From Marsupella aquatica (Eukaryota > Plantae > Marchantiophyta), in NCBI GenBank assembly GCA_973895155.1, contig OZ316894.1, positions 3,558,944 through 3,622,943 of the forward strand: 64,000 nt of DNA, given 5' to 3'. Below the pieces are notes generated by a model. It saw only the letters and a program-made list of their open reading frames with translations. It was not told the DNA's origin and made no database searches. Of this stretch, positions 24,757-39,061 are shown in pieces (within the stretch, counting starts at the first letter, position 1; every line of letters starts with the position of its first letter). The position numbers and the translations under genes were made by a program.

Positions 24757-27700
24757 ATGGCTGTTCCAGCTCTCTGTTCTCGCACGTTCAGCTCACCAGT
24801 ACGTTTCAGCCCTCTTGATCTCTCCGTCTCTCTGTGCTGCTTTTATTCAGCTTATTTGTTTATGGCCTCGGCTTCTTGCCACAGTACTCCGTACTTTTCT
24901 ATTCCTTGCCATTTTGTCTCGGTGGACTTAAGGATTGTCTATTCATTCTCGTTCATTTGTCTGGTCATTCCTTCAATCTATCACAATTTCTTTCGTTCAT
25001 TTTCTCTCATTCTTGGAGTCATTCACATTTTTCGCCTTTTGAAAAATTGAAGTCGTTGGAACTGGGGTATCGGCTTAAACACCTTAAACGACGAAAAACG
25101 AAGACGATTGTGTTAGTGTGACGTCTTTTACTTCACGAGAACGCAGATTTATCATGGATTCTCTCATGTCTCTCGTAGTCAGCAGAAAGTCGAGCAACAT
25201 GATCAATGCATTTCGATTGCCCAGCAACTTTCAGTTCATGACAATGGCAGACAATTTCCCGATCAATTGTGGTCCTCTTTGTCTTCACGGTCACTACTCA
25301 TGGGAATGTGGAAATTAAAGTGCCACATGAACATCAACTAGTGTAGCAGCTGACGGAAAAGACAGCCTCAGAAAAATGTGCAGACAGAATACCCCAAATC
25401 CTAATCTTAATGGCCAAGTCTGCGTCTTACCCTAGAAACCTGAGAATCTTTTTCGTCAGCACATTTCGGGCATTTACCCGCAGTCCAACGGTTGGTGAGG
25501 GTTTTAAGAATGGATATTGGGCAAAACTCCAGCCAACACGCTAATAGTGATTTTCGTTTGATGCCCGGTAAGTTGCACACAAATGTTACCCAAATGGAGC
25601 CCAGCTGTTTACTAGTCTCGTATCTCGCTCATTTCCTTCATCTGCTGTCAGTCTGCAAGTTGTCTCTCTCCTAGAAAACAGGATGGTAGAACTGGCAATG
25701 CCCTCTCTATAGACAGTGCTAGTGGCTAGCCGGACCTAGTGCTCACATTATTAATACAGAATATTAATACTAAGAAATCAAGAATGCGGTCAAGCCCTGG
25801 TTTGTGTAGTCTTGAACTCTAGCAGGTTGGCCCTCTTGTGCATTCCCTTACTAATTGTTAGTGAACGTGGCTATTAGATCACGAGAAAGAGAAACGACTC
25901 TTACAATGTTTTTAACCTCTCATTTTTCGATCCTTTAAAATTTGTTGAGTTTGATAATTACGAACATATTGTGCTTCGTTGACAACAGCTATAGGAACAC
26001 GAGAGGACTCTTCTTGTTCTTGGTTGGAGTGAATTTCACAAATTGCGACTAGATTGAAATCCTGTACTGATATATGGTTTGTGCTAAAATTTCCAGAGCA
26101 CATCGACACAAAGTTTATACCTTGCCAGCAGCTGTGGGGAGCATATAGGAACAGAGTGCAGATTGCGGCGACTATGTTGTTCCGCTACGTTGGGACAAGA
26201 ACTTCGAAGGTGAGGGCTTTCTGTCTTGGCTTGAGCACGCTTAACGTTCGTTGTTGTTGCGGGCACTAGACGCGGTGCTTACTTGTCATGTGGGAAGTCT
26301 TGACACAGGCGTTATGTGGTATTCAGCCTGTCGAGGAAGCTGAGAGGTTGTCACAATTCTGCAGGTCTTTTAGGAGGTGTTATTTCTGGGTGACGTCTGA
26401 TTATCTCAAGATTACATGCATTATCGTATGCCAGGCATGGATTATCGGCAGTGATTGCGGAGACTATCACAGAAGCCGCTCCAGTGGACTTACCGACAGG
26501 CCAGGGCAAGCAGAATCAAGGTCGGAGTCGTGGCAATGGAGGACGAAGGTCCCCTAAAGTGCGAAATAAGAGTGGTGTTAAAACTGACATGGTAAACTTC
26601 GGAAGCCTATCATAAATATAATGTGGAGAAAATTGGTGGTCTTTGGGAATGTCTTTTCCAAGCCCTTGGAGTGAGAGGAGATTGCTTCAGCTTCATGAAA
26701 AGTATCTCATGCCGCGCAATTGCCACAATGAAACCGAGGTTTTCATTCAAGTTCATAAATAAAACAGTGTTGGTTGCAATCAGCATCTTATTGAGGTGTT
26801 CTCACTTATTTCCATTTTCGTGCATCGAATCTGGCCTGAAATCTTGCTATGCAATTGGCAGCCGAGTGGTGGTCCAAAACTGGAATGGCTGAAGCAGGAA
26901 GGAATCGACTTGACAAACGAGGTAGGTTTTGGCGTTGCCGTGAGCCTCGTGCATGGATGGAATTGTGAGGACCCTGCTGACATTGTTGAAGTCAAATGAC
27001 ATCCAAAGAGCTGGCCTTAGGCTGTTTTAGTAGGACAAGTCAATTTCTTCAAAACTGGGTTCTGATCACGGTGTGGGATACTGAATGATATGAATATAAA
27101 GTTTCCTCATTTCTCTGATGCAATCGGACCATTCTGGAGTCTGATCCGCTCTAGAACTTTAGCCTGGCACATGCACATGTTACCCTGATGCAGGGTTCGC
27201 ATGGCATGTTGAATGCAGTGCATTCTTGAAACCGATGAGTTGTGCACTCGCTCAGCAAACGGGCTGTTGGAATTGCAGCGCACAATATGGAAGATAAATC
27301 GAGCCATTGGCCAATGTTCTTCAGTCACTGAAGCACTGGGTGTTGTAGCAGAAATGAAGGCTGCGGGATTGACAACAGCTAATGAAGGTTAGTTCATCTT
27401 CTGGAGCTCTTTTTATACAATTCAATTCGTATTATAAATTTCTTAGCTAGAAAGATTGTGCATCAGGTTCACAATTTCATAGAATCAATGATCTCTTTCT
27501 CGAACCGCACATTCTCGACACGTTGGCTTCTTCATGGAATCTTCAGACTCGCTTGCTACCTACCAAGGGCAAGACATGAACATGCAAGAACTTAAGAAGG
27601 CGAGCAAAGGTCATGAAGGACTGTGATGGCCGTTATGCAGGAACCTATCTAGCTCTTATTACAGTTTGTAGGAGGCAACGTCAAGGGGAGAGGGCTTTGA

Positions 27701-30700
27701 GTATTTTAGAGGTGAGGTGTTTACCCGATGTGATACTCATCGCTCCATCGACGTCATTGTCGTTACTGACAACCCAGTCTAGCAATTCTTCGAGCATAGT
27801 ATTTGGATGGCAGCGTCACTTCTACATTGGTTTTGGCTTGCTCATCCATTGCTCAATTCGAGTATAAGGTTCTCGAGTATGAGGTGATTACATTCACAGT
27901 TGGTTCCAGAAATGATTTCAGCATCTCACTGAGTCTGTATGTATGGTATTTCAGGCAATGAAGCAGGCAGGAGTGAAGCCGGGGATGTTGACATACAACA
28001 CTCTTATTTCTTGCTGCCAGCAAGCCTTACGTTTAGAAGATGCCTTTCGTATCAAGGTAAGTTCCAGCTCAATCCTTACTATCATCACCTATACCAGGTA
28101 CATGCTCTTTTGTCGAATTTACGATCCTAAGGTTTCATGGGAAGGTAGAAAATCTAATACTTTTCGAAATTTGTGTTTGGGACCTGTCATGGACAGGCTG
28201 AAATGGAGGCTGCCGAGATTAAGCCCGACGTAGTCACGTATACGTCCTTAATGGCATTGTTGGTCAAGGCCTCTCCCAATCGAGGTCGGACCACCCCATC
28301 ACAGAGGTCAATATCTAACTTTCATATTCAAATAGTTTGTTATACACTGTTAGACGAGTTGTGCATTCAAGTCGCTATTGCTGACATTTTGAACGTCCGA
28401 CGTCCTGATGCAACGAAAGTTATCAGCCGTTATTGACTATCTCTGGTTCGGACTTCACAGGTTGGAAAAAGTCATGGACTTGTACAAGGAAATGAGGGAC
28501 AAAGGTGTCCAACCTGACGCTATCACCTTCAACACTATCATGTACGCTGGCGCCCAAGCGAAGCTACCTGGGAAGGTCTTGGTAAGGAACTGTGATTACT
28601 TTACGTTCGTGGAGAATCTGCCTCGCTAACAGCAAATCCAAAGAAGTCGTTGATTATTCCTCGAAACGTCTTTAGTTGGTTTTTCCGAAAATAACGAGCG
28701 CGTTGAGTGATCAAAAGAGAATCCACAAAAGTTTGGTGACGTTGTTATAGTTAATATGAAATGACAATATGAACTCGGGACTGGAGTAGTTAATTGTCGA
28801 CTAATTGTAAATTTGTGGGAACAAATTCGAGGTTCGCATCATCTCAATGTTAACGATGTTTGATTGGCAGGAGAGTTATCGCACAATGATATCTGCTGGC
28901 GTCTCTCCCAACCAATTTACTTTCGGAATTCTCTTGGAATCCGTCGGCACTGGGGGAAGATTAAAATCAGCTTTGGAGGTTTTTAATGAAATGCGAGCCG
29001 CAGGGCTGGCACCCCAGACAAGCACATACAACTACCTCATTGAAGCTTGCGCTGCTGCTCCTCAACCAAATGTAATTTTGCCCTAACTAGCAGTCTAAAC
29101 TAAAGTCTGGAGCTAAGAATTTATGATGTAGACTGACAATTTATCCCTTCACCTACAGCTGCATAAAATCTCGTATAGGTCTAGTTTCTACTGACTTATT
29201 AGTCCTGGATTCCAAGATTGGATTAGTGTGTTACCGTAATTCGTGGTCTTGTTCCCTCTGTAGGCAAAGAAAGCTTGGGCGTTTTTCGAGGAGATGAAAA
29301 AGGTTGAAGGTGTCACTCCAAATGCGATAACGTTCTTGAATCTGATTGCTGCTAGTTCTAAGGTGAGCTTAGAGACGAAGTGTTTTTGCTCAATTAAGTG
29401 TGGAATTTGAACTGCATCCTGGATGGCCACATGCGGCAGCTATTTAACAACAAATGAATCGAATCTTGAACGTGCAGGGCGGTGACCACAGTGGTGCAAT
29501 GAAAGCCTATGAGCTAATGCTTGAATTGGGATTCTCGGAAGGCAAATCGTGTTCTACCTTCAACAAACTCATCCACTCTGCCAGCATGACGGATGGTCTT
29601 GAAAGTGCCTTCAAGGTGCGTAGTTTTCTCCCATTTTATGCACAATTTGCCGTCAGCAGCTCCTTTTCACCACTGCATTTCCCGATGCCTGAAATCATCC
29701 AGCTGATTCCGGATTTGTCCTTCGAGTGTCCTAACCGGTCTTTGGACTAAACCTTCGATGATCTCGACATTGTCGTCGAATTTGCAGATGTATGACAAGA
29801 TGAGGGGAGAAGGATACAAGCCGGATGTCGTCACTTACAGCACGCTGTTAGCAGCATGTGCCCGTGCTGATGACCTCCAAAAGGCTCTTGCCGTTGGTCA
29901 AGATTTCGAACAAATCGGCATTCGCCCCAACCAGGTCAAATTCTAATAGAGCATTTCGATTTCTACTAGGAAGGAACCCAAATGTAGATTACTTTCCTTT
30001 TGAAATCACTAAATCAGATCGGCCACTGTTCTATTCTCCTAACAACTGACTAATTAATTGTAGGCGGGTAGTTTAATCATTTGGACACACGGCGATGAAC
30101 CTTATTTCCTAGCACCGTTGGTTTGACAGGTTGTTCTACATTCTCTTATTGCGGCGTTTGGCAAGGCAGGCAGATGGGAAGACGCAATCACCACTTTCCG
30201 CAGTATGAATTTAGGAGAGGTAGTTACGCACATTGGTTTGCACCTCAAATATCATCTACCAATAGACACTACTTGTGAAGTATTTCCCTTCGAACTAAAT
30301 GCCGGAAACAATTCTCCATTTTTTATTGTCTAGAATCAAGCATTAGATTGGTGTTTACAAGTATGGAATGTTTGATTCTTGCAGGAACTACCGACAGTTG
30401 TGTCATATAGCATTTTGTTTGAAGCATGCCTGGGGAAAGAGGGTGTTAATGCAATTTTGAATCACAAAGCAAGCGATGGTGTCTTGCAAATGTCTCCTGG
30501 TAGGCTTGGTTGCCAGATCTGTGAAGCAACCTTTGAACCTTTGATACAGATGTACTCCATGAGCGATGTAGTCCCATTCTGGACAGTTGAAATTAAGTTC
30601 TGTAAAATAGTTTGTTGAGGACCTTTGTTTGATTATCCTTTGTTCAGCTGTTTGGTTTTCTTGGTGTTCTTTGAATTCTCATAGTTTCTCATTCTCTGTA

Positions 30701-31531
30701 ATTGTGACTTTGTTGAAGGCATTGAAGCTACTATTCAACTGTACAAAGAAGCGGTAGCTGCCGGCCTGTTCAAAAATTACATGTTGGAGGACTTATCTCG
30801 GTCAGTGGCCCATTTGTTCATATAATTTATCTCCGTGATATGGCTTAAGAGTCTACTTTTCCTCTCGTCCATAACCACTCATGTTGATTTTATTCTGAAG
30901 GTCATCACCGTGCTATACAGGTGTGACGTCAGGAACAATACCCGTGTAGCAGTAGTGGTAGCTCTTTTGGCCTGGCTGAAGGATATACGAGAAGCACCTC
31001 CGGCAACTGATCTCGTCGTAGTGGTTGGGACTACTAGAGGGAAGGTTAGTAGGAGAACTCTCCCGGGTCTTTATCTTCTATCATTGAAGGAATGCAATGC
31101 ATCTCCTTGTACATTACAATGTGGATGTCACCAACTCGTCATTTTCATTAATGTTTCTCGATGCTTTGATTATTATTATTATTATTACTGGTAGCGTTTT
31201 GGATACCACGACCTTTTCACGCATTTTACATCTATATTTGTAATATTCTTTAAGCTATTTCAACCCTCTGGATGTGCCAACTGCGCACTGGATTGAGCTC
31301 TTCGGTTTGTGGACCTTGCAGGAACAACCCAAACAAGGCGGGAAGGGGAAGGTTTCATGGAAGTACGGTGTGGCAGAAGGTACTCTCAGATCTGTAGGAT
31401 TGCAAGCAGAACAGATGAGCACTATTACCATGCAAGCATTGACTGTAAGGTCGAAGAATCTCCATACTTGGATTAGTGGGTCACTCTTACTCAATACGGT
31501 TGAAGTCAGTGGTTCAGAGCCCAGTAGTTGA
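24757..31531 (+). CDS. P-class pentatricopeptide repeat protein with C-terminal SMR-like domain, 18 exons, likely organelle (plastid) targeted
   Basis: Phase-consistent GT-AG exons: 24757-24798, 26097-26209, 26435-26558, 26862-26921, 27219-27387, 27641-27711, 27955-28056, ... 31322-31531. Repeated PPR motifs (KPDVVTYTSL, QPDAITFNTI, SPNQFTFGIL, KPDVVTYSTLLAAC). S/A/R/C-rich N-terminus. The first exons are less certain than the PPR exons. Confidence 0.88.
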
Positions 31532-33089
31532 ACCACTGCAATGTAATGCAGTTCCTATGGAAACATTTGTAACATAGCATTTTCTTTACAAGAGAAATAT
31601 TATTTTGTCCAGGCTCATCATTATCCAACGAACTTACCTTTTTCGACTCCCCTTATTATCATAATGTATGTTCTGGATGTCTGAGACACATTGCAAGTCA
31701 AATGTTGTGTCGCGTAAATGATGGTGCCTCTTACATGAGGCCCATACATAGTTGCCTTCAGAAACGACACAAACCTTGGAAACAATTGGGACAACATCTT
31801 GGGTTGCTCAAACTCCTTCATGGTTAAGAAATTCTTACAATCGCAGAGTAAAGGTAGAAACGCCTCGTAGGTGTTTTTGGTATGAAGGCTTCCATCCCAA
31901 CTCTTATTGACTTTAATCTTCCACATGGGGTGAAAAAGGTACTTATGATATCTGTTCAAGTCAACCCACTAGCCTGAGCACCTGTTCTTAGAACATAAAT
32001 AAAGGTGAGGACATTCAAGCCTCTTTGCCATGTTCATCTCGGTGCAAGTCTACCTGCTTGACCCTAATTAGTTTCTTGCCTCTGATTAGTTCAAACAACC
32101 CCTCTAGAAGCAATTATTCCCAACAGCCTAGTCCAAGTATGCTGTAGAAGGATTGGGGAAGTGATTGATCGCCCATTTACCATGACTAGCTTGAATTTGC
32201 AAGCTTTGCTCGGGCCCAAGGTTGCCTTCTGCACCTTTTGCCTCACCCCCCCCCCCCAAATAAAAAAAATTTAGGCACCCTAGAGCCACTCTGGAGGCTG
32301 CACCCTAGATCATAGGCTTTTGATTGTGAATTATTAGTTACTGTAGATACCAAAATCAATTAAATAAGCCCATCCAGGAAAAATGGGTTTTAACAGATTG
32401 GCACATTTTTTAGATTAATCACTACAGCGTCACCCTAACCCTATGTCCGTTTCTACTTTATCTTTGGCAAGGCTATCATGAATCCTATGGCCCTAAGATT
32501 GCCACTTGGAGAATCAGACTGTTCCCATCACTCTCATAGTAGAGTGAGGGCTGATGAGGGCACTCAGGAAATAGTGAGGCGAGGGTAGATTCTGCATGGA
32601 AGGCAGAAGCTTGCCCTAGCTGACCACTAGTGGGGGTGTGTGAATCTGATTCAAGGGCAATGGAACCATCAAACTATTTGGTATGACAAGAGAAGAAAGT
32701 GGGCCCAAGATGAACAGGTCTTCAGTGCCTTCTTTGGGAAAAACTGTGGGAGGTCCAAAACTTGGTATGTGAACCCCCCAAAAAGCTACTCACCAGGTAC
32801 ATTTCATCATAGCCTTGCCAAAGGAAAAAGTGGAGAAAGAACCCACAATAATGCCTTTGGATCATCCACTCATGCCTTTTTGCCGTTGCCTGGATTTGGA
32901 ACAACTAGAAATCCATCAAAAAACATAAAATCTCCACCAGGAATGGTCTAACCCGTGTGCCAAATATAACATGCCAAATGGTGGGGACACTAGAGCCCTC
33001 TTTAAGTGAATTCTCTTTGAGGGAATTCAAGGAATTTGGGTCCCATCATGCATGACGCTTGGAGATGGAAATCACTCACATGAATCTCT

Positions 33090-33500
33090 CTTTAGGACAT
33101 CCATGTCCAACCTGTAGACTTAGTTAGGACACTAGGTGTGTATCATTAGCTCATCACACTATTGCAATAGTATATCTGTGTCTCTTTAAGTGGGACACCC
33201 CTTTAGAGTACAGCCATGTCCAACTTGTAGACTTAGTTAGAGCACTAGGTGTGGATCATTAGCTCATCACACGATTGCAATGGTAGGTCCATATCTCTAA
33301 GTGGGACACCCCCTTAGAGTACAATCAGGCCCAACATGTACACTTAGTTAGGACACTAGGTGTGGATCATTGGCTTATCACTTGATTGCACAGGTAGATC
33401 CCTATCTCTAAGTGTGACACCCTCTTAGAATACATCCATATCCCACTTGCAGACTTATTTACGATTCTAGATGTGTACCACTGTTCATCACACTATTGGG
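33090..33500. repeat. Tandem repeat, ~112-bp unit x3.6
   Basis: CCATGTCCAAC.TGTAGACTTAGTTAGGACACTAGGTGTGGATCATTAGCTCATCAC...TAAGTGGGACACCCC.TTAGAGTAC recurs at ~33098, 33211, 33322 and 33433. Confidence 0.9.
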
Positions 33501-36481
33501 TACATGTGGACCATTAGGTCATCACACATGGCATTGGTAGATTGTTTCCTTTTTTCCCCTCCTTTTCCCCTTCTTTCTAGGTTTTTGGGGTTTCCCTTTG
33601 CTCGCTTCTTTTGAGTGGGGTGTTGGTCCCCTTTCGCAGTTTGATTTTTCATGATTTTATTTTGTTTGACCCTGTTTGTAGACAAACTTCGCGTGGATCC
33701 TTTATATATTAGTTTTCCCTATTTCCAGGTTTTTGGGGTTTACTTTTGGCCCATTCCTTCGGAGTTTGATGTTTGTCCTCTCGGGACTTCATTTTTTGCC
33801 TTTGCTCGATTGTACTTTTGCCCACTTTGAAAATTGGTCCTTTTCGTCTCTTTTCTGACCCTGGCCCCACCAATGCCCTTAAAGGGCCCCAAGTTGGATT
33901 TTGGCAGGTCTTGGGAACAGGTCCACAATTGTCAAAGCAGTCAACCTTCAATCATGATATTATTTTACAGAAACCAATGAGAAAGATAGAATCTACTGCA
34001 TCCGTAATTAAAAATATCCATCTTCCTCAACAGGCCATCAATGCGAACTGTTGAAGATCTCCAATCTGTCTAGGCAGAGATACCCCCATCATTAATAGTG
34101 TCTCTTTTAGGCCACAGAGTCTAGAAACGGCCCATTAACGTCAGAATTTATGGACCCAGCTCAAACACGTGAGAAGTATTCAATAGACTAATCTTTCGCA
34201 CGGCTACATACAGAACAAAAAAAATTGGACCCATCTTTCATACCAAAAATATTGGACACAGCTCTTGCAAGCTCGCTAAACAAAGTTACACCTGAAGCGG
34301 TTGAAACCAGATGAGTCCTATTAGCCGTTTCAATTCAAGTGTAGGGTGGCTTAGCTAGACAAAGTTAGCTAAAGTAGTTGAAACCAGTCAACGAGATGAG
34401 TCCAAATTAGGCCTTCCAATTCAAGTTCAGAATGACTTATTTTTGACACCAAGTTCAGGGTGGTTAGTCAACAAACATCTCCATTTTCAGGGTCAGTTAC
34501 TGGTTTCAATTCAAGTGAAGGGTGGGTTGTTGTTTGACACCAAGTACAAGGTGGTGAGTCAACCTGCTAAGCTATAGTTAGATATGAACATTAATTGAAC
34601 TTTCAACTCAAGACAAAAAAAAAAGGTAAGTTCCACGACGAACATGCTATAGTATCAATACCTGTGACACTATGGTTGAGTGGAGGTGCTCTCCTAAGCC
34701 ACCCAGAGTTGCCCCATAGCTGCGTCCTAAAGTCCCTAAAGTCTGTACAAGAGGGTGAAGTTTTCATCTTACCTCCAATCAAGGCTTGCTGTGTTGTGGA
34801 CACTGATCTCTAAGCACCCTACCTTTATTGCTAGTTTCAGGGCAAGGGTAATGGTGAGAGTATATTGGGTAGGTGCTGTAAGTTGGAGCGCCATACGGAG
34901 AAAGGTTCCCATCCGATTGATTTCCTTCATAGACAACCGATCTACGCTTGGTACTTTTGATTTAATGTGGAGAGAAAATGTCCTGATCAGAAAGTCTTCC
35001 TGGCTTAGTTTGGAACCAGATCTTGTTTCAGGGGGCATCAAAATTGCCCACTACTCAAATTTGGCAGGCAACATTTCAATGCCATGGGCCTGCTGATGGC
35101 GGCTCCCGCCGAATCCGATGCATGTCATCTAAGTTTCGTCGAAACTGGCAGCCCCTATTGAATATCGTTACTCTTCCTGAGGAGCATTCGAAATTCGCTG
35201 TGTGAAATAAACGATACTCTACTGGGAGATCAATCTTCGTTTCCCAGTTCTCTGCGAAAACCGTTTGGGCCCTCCTTCCGCTTGTCGGGGTTATTAGACG
35301 AACTAACTATACACTATTTTAGTATGGAAGCATTTTATCCAGAGCATTGGCCAATTGAAAGAGAAACCATTTTTCTTGTTTTCTTTGGAGCCGGACGAAG
35401 CTGGAGAGGATCATGACACACTGACAGCAGGCTAAGGTAGTCGAAAAACCTACAAATAAGTTACCCCGACAACTACCAGTTATTTCGACCTCTTTGACTG
35501 GACGAAATTGGTTTCTAATTCTCAAAAGCTAAGTTTGCGAATCTACCGAGAAGTTGTTCAATCGGGTGAGTTATTTAGTACCCTTTTACTGGACGAAGCG
35601 GTTTCTAGTTCTCAAAAGCTTAAGTTTGTCCTGTTTGGAACTCTAGAAGCACTGCCCCAAAAATCCGGCAAAGATTAGACGAACGGAATGTTGTACAACC
35701 TAATCAGCTAGGCCTGGCCTTCTTTGCTCAACTGCTTACAATCACCTTTAATCGATTAACAATGGATACAAGTTGGAGGTAGGTACTAGTGGTGAATGTT
35801 AAAGCTTGCAGGAAAACAATCGGTCGTCGACACAAGAGCTCTTTGACGCAAGGATATCAGAGAAAGCCCAATAGAACGAACCCAAAAGGACTTCGAAGCT
35901 ACAATACGTTGACTAGAATCTGGCCACCAACTGAATGTTGATGGAATAGTTTTCTTTCGTTTCATAGATTTCACAAGAAATTATTCAATCTGCTTGCAGA
36001 TCTTCCAAAGTGAGGACCAACAAAGGACACATGAAGTGGACAAGCTGCAAGCGTCTTGAGTGCAAATCCGAAAATATTAATCGAATGTCACATATCTATA
36101 CACAAATTAATCAGTCTTACCTGATCAGGAGGCGGCATTGACTAATCTTGCCAAGAGCTGGCAGGTGCCACTAAAATTGAGGAATCTTCCGTGGGGTGAA
36201 GACGTCCATGTAACCCTGTACCCTGTAAACTATAAAATTGCAGCATCCCAAACAATCATTCCCATGCTCAGCTCAGATGAGGACCTTCAACCTATACAAT
36301 CTGCCCTAAAGAAATTATCCCAGGGGGTACTAAACTAAAAAGAATCGGTAATCATCTGAGCTGGCTCCCATGCGAATGCCCTGTTTGGGAAACTCCTTCT
36401 GCCAGATCCTTTGGTTCCCACTGCAATTAAGGGGTCCTTCTATAGTCGAAACAACTCTGCAATAGTGCACTTTGTAAATAT

Positions 36482-39061
36482 CTACTCCAATGACTGCGAA
36501 GGCCAGAGCTTCTCCCAAATAGTTATCTCAGCCTTTGTTCGAAGCTTCCTAACCCCTCCATAGAAGCCTTCAGCCTCGTTACCTTCCTCTCTATGACTCT
36601 TGCGATCAAGTGCTGCTTGCCGCCATCGTGACCCAACCGTGTACTGGTTGAATTCTAGCCAAACAGTATCTGTGAGACAATAACACAGGATCGGCAGTCA
36701 AAGACTAGGCAAGAACAAAATCAAAACCTACCTACTGCAGGCTGATGGTTAGATACATACTAGGAGTGTGACTAGGTTATACATAACCGTACCCGGGTCA
36801 CTCAAAATTCTGAAAAGGATTGAAATGAGTAAGCCTGGATTAGAACTATCAGATGGAATCCAAATTGGTCCTAATCGGTGAGGCCTTAAGATCTTGCTTC
36901 GCTTCCCTTACTCATGACCATTTACACATACGTTCCTCCCGCTAATTATTACATGATCAAATTCCTACAGATGCTGATTCGTTTCCTGACCCTCCTTCAA
37001 CTTCATGACTATGCTGCGGACAGAGGACCGAAAGGCTTGACCAACTATCAAAGTAACTGGCAAAAGTAGCGATAAAGATATAACGATACAAGTTTTCAAT
37101 ACTGCGAGGGGATGAAATGACAGGAAAAGAACGTTAGAGCACCTTCCCCGAAACATCGGCACCTTCGCATATCTCTCGAGCATCCCTCCACATGCCCCAC
37201 GAGTCCGTACCACCAACCTGTAAAACCAGCAATAGTCGTTAAGGTGTAAGTAGTTGAAAGAGCGATGCACCTGCGCCTCTGAACGAACCGCCGAATGTCC
37301 CAGAAAGAGTCGTCGAAATAGACATCACATGCAGATTGCAGAAAGTACACGCTGGGCTCTGTGCTATTATTCTGACCGGTTAAGCGTGAATTGTGTGGAT
37401 TCACTACTCAATCCGTGGAGATGCGAAGGTGTGGCATGGTTTGCAAGGGAAACAGACACAGATAGCCAATGACATTAGAGGTTCTGAGGGCTGTAAATTC
37501 AACACTGAAACTTCGATGGTGGACAAAGGTAGGCTTTGGGAATACCATAAGGGAAGTCTTTGTTCCTTCTCCACTGCACTTCCACATGGTCTCCCGGTCG
37601 GAGTTCTTCCAGGCAGTCGGAAATGTGCAGATCGTGAGCTGAAGTATCCATCGGGGGTGCTCGCAGACGCGACCATGGAACACCTTCCTCCACGACAATC
37701 GTTCGTGGGCCATGAGGAGGATACCTGAATAATTCAAACAAAACGTAACCTTGAAGTCAAAGTTTAGACTTGGGGAGCAATATTTCAACTACATCATCAA
37801 TGTAAATATGGTTTTTACGGAGTCAAGGTCCTGAGGTCTGCTACAACTAGCTAACTTACTGCTACAACTAGCTAACTTATCGCTGGATTCGGCACGAACT
37901 CAAAGAAACGTCTTACCTGGCCCGGAAGGAGTCGGTGGAACGGTCGTAGCTCACTTCCGCATCATAGCACGATAACATGAACCCAACGTGCCCATTCTGC
38001 ATCACAACAGTCGGTCAGGTACCCTAAAAGCCATTAGGGAAATACGAATGGAATCAGAAAAAAACAGTGAAGTCACCACTCAAATCCCTCGTGCAAAATT
38101 CTACAAGTCAAACTTCCGCATTCCTCGGGAATTCGTGTCAGTACCTCAAAACTGCAGGTGACCTGACTAGGTGAGAGAACTGGGGTCCCAAATTCAATGA
38201 CTTCAGTCTACACCTGCGACTAAATTCCGGCGGGGTTTAACGTCCGCATTCCTTAAGAGTTCGTAGCCAAGCTCAAACCTTGGGGTGGTCTCGGTACATA
38301 AGAAACTGGAGTCCAACTTTTCAAGCACATGACGCTAAATCTATTCTTCCATGCCCAATTCTGGAAGTCAAAATAACTGGAATAGCTCAACGTTAGACCG
38401 GCTGTGCATTTCAGGATCACTGATATCCCAGGAAGCGAGTTCGAGAGACGTCTCAGAGACGAGGAAGGGCCAAAGCATCGGAGACACTAACCTCTCGGTT
38501 GTAGATCTGTGCAGGGAACCAGAAGCTGCCGCTCTCAAGTGCTAAGTACCACGCCATGAGCGAATCTGGAGGCAAACCGCCTGTGGGAGGTTTCGAATTG
38601 CTACTTTCCTGAAGACCAAACCATGAGAAGGGCCATAGGCATGACAATGGCCACCCCCAAACCCGCGCATTCCTGTCGCTGGATGTCAAACCAGTTGTGC
38701 TCTTCTGCGCCACCACCCGCTGCCACTCGCAGTACGCAGCTGGACCAGCTAAATTGCCCCATTTTTCGTGAAATAAAGACTTCCACAGGTGGTCACTTCT
38801 GCACCTCTTTCGAAATTCTTTGCACACGCCCGCCATTTGGCATAATGTTGAGGCGGGGAGGTTGCTAAGGATTCCCTCGATTGCGAGCTCTGGGAGATCC
38901 AGCACACCGCACTCCCGCCTCTCTTCCACGTTCTCCACCTTCTTGACACATCTCCTCTTGAGAAACATTGCGCCCCACGATCTGAAGAGGCTGCCCCCGT
39001 CCAAAAGCTCGAAGAGAAATTCTGACGATACGAATGCAAGCCAAGCTGAAAAGAAGTTCAT
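36482..39061 (-). CDS. F-box protein, At2g32560/At2g26850-like family, 5 coding exons
   Basis: F-box [31 protein letters not shown]. Family motifs [10 protein letters not shown]|[53 protein letters not shown] and [23 protein letters not shown]. Exons 39061-38492, 37996-37917, ~37725-37546, ~37218-37144, ~36669-36482. Confidence 0.93.

Noticed and set aside
24122-24785. Several overlapping ORFs upstream of the PPR gene
   Set aside because: Low-complexity GA/CT-rich leader sequence; no coherent protein.
32545-32580. Hammerhead ribozyme (CTGATGAG...GAAA)
   Set aside because: The base before GAAA is G rather than the C needed to close stem II, and no convincing stems I or III were found.
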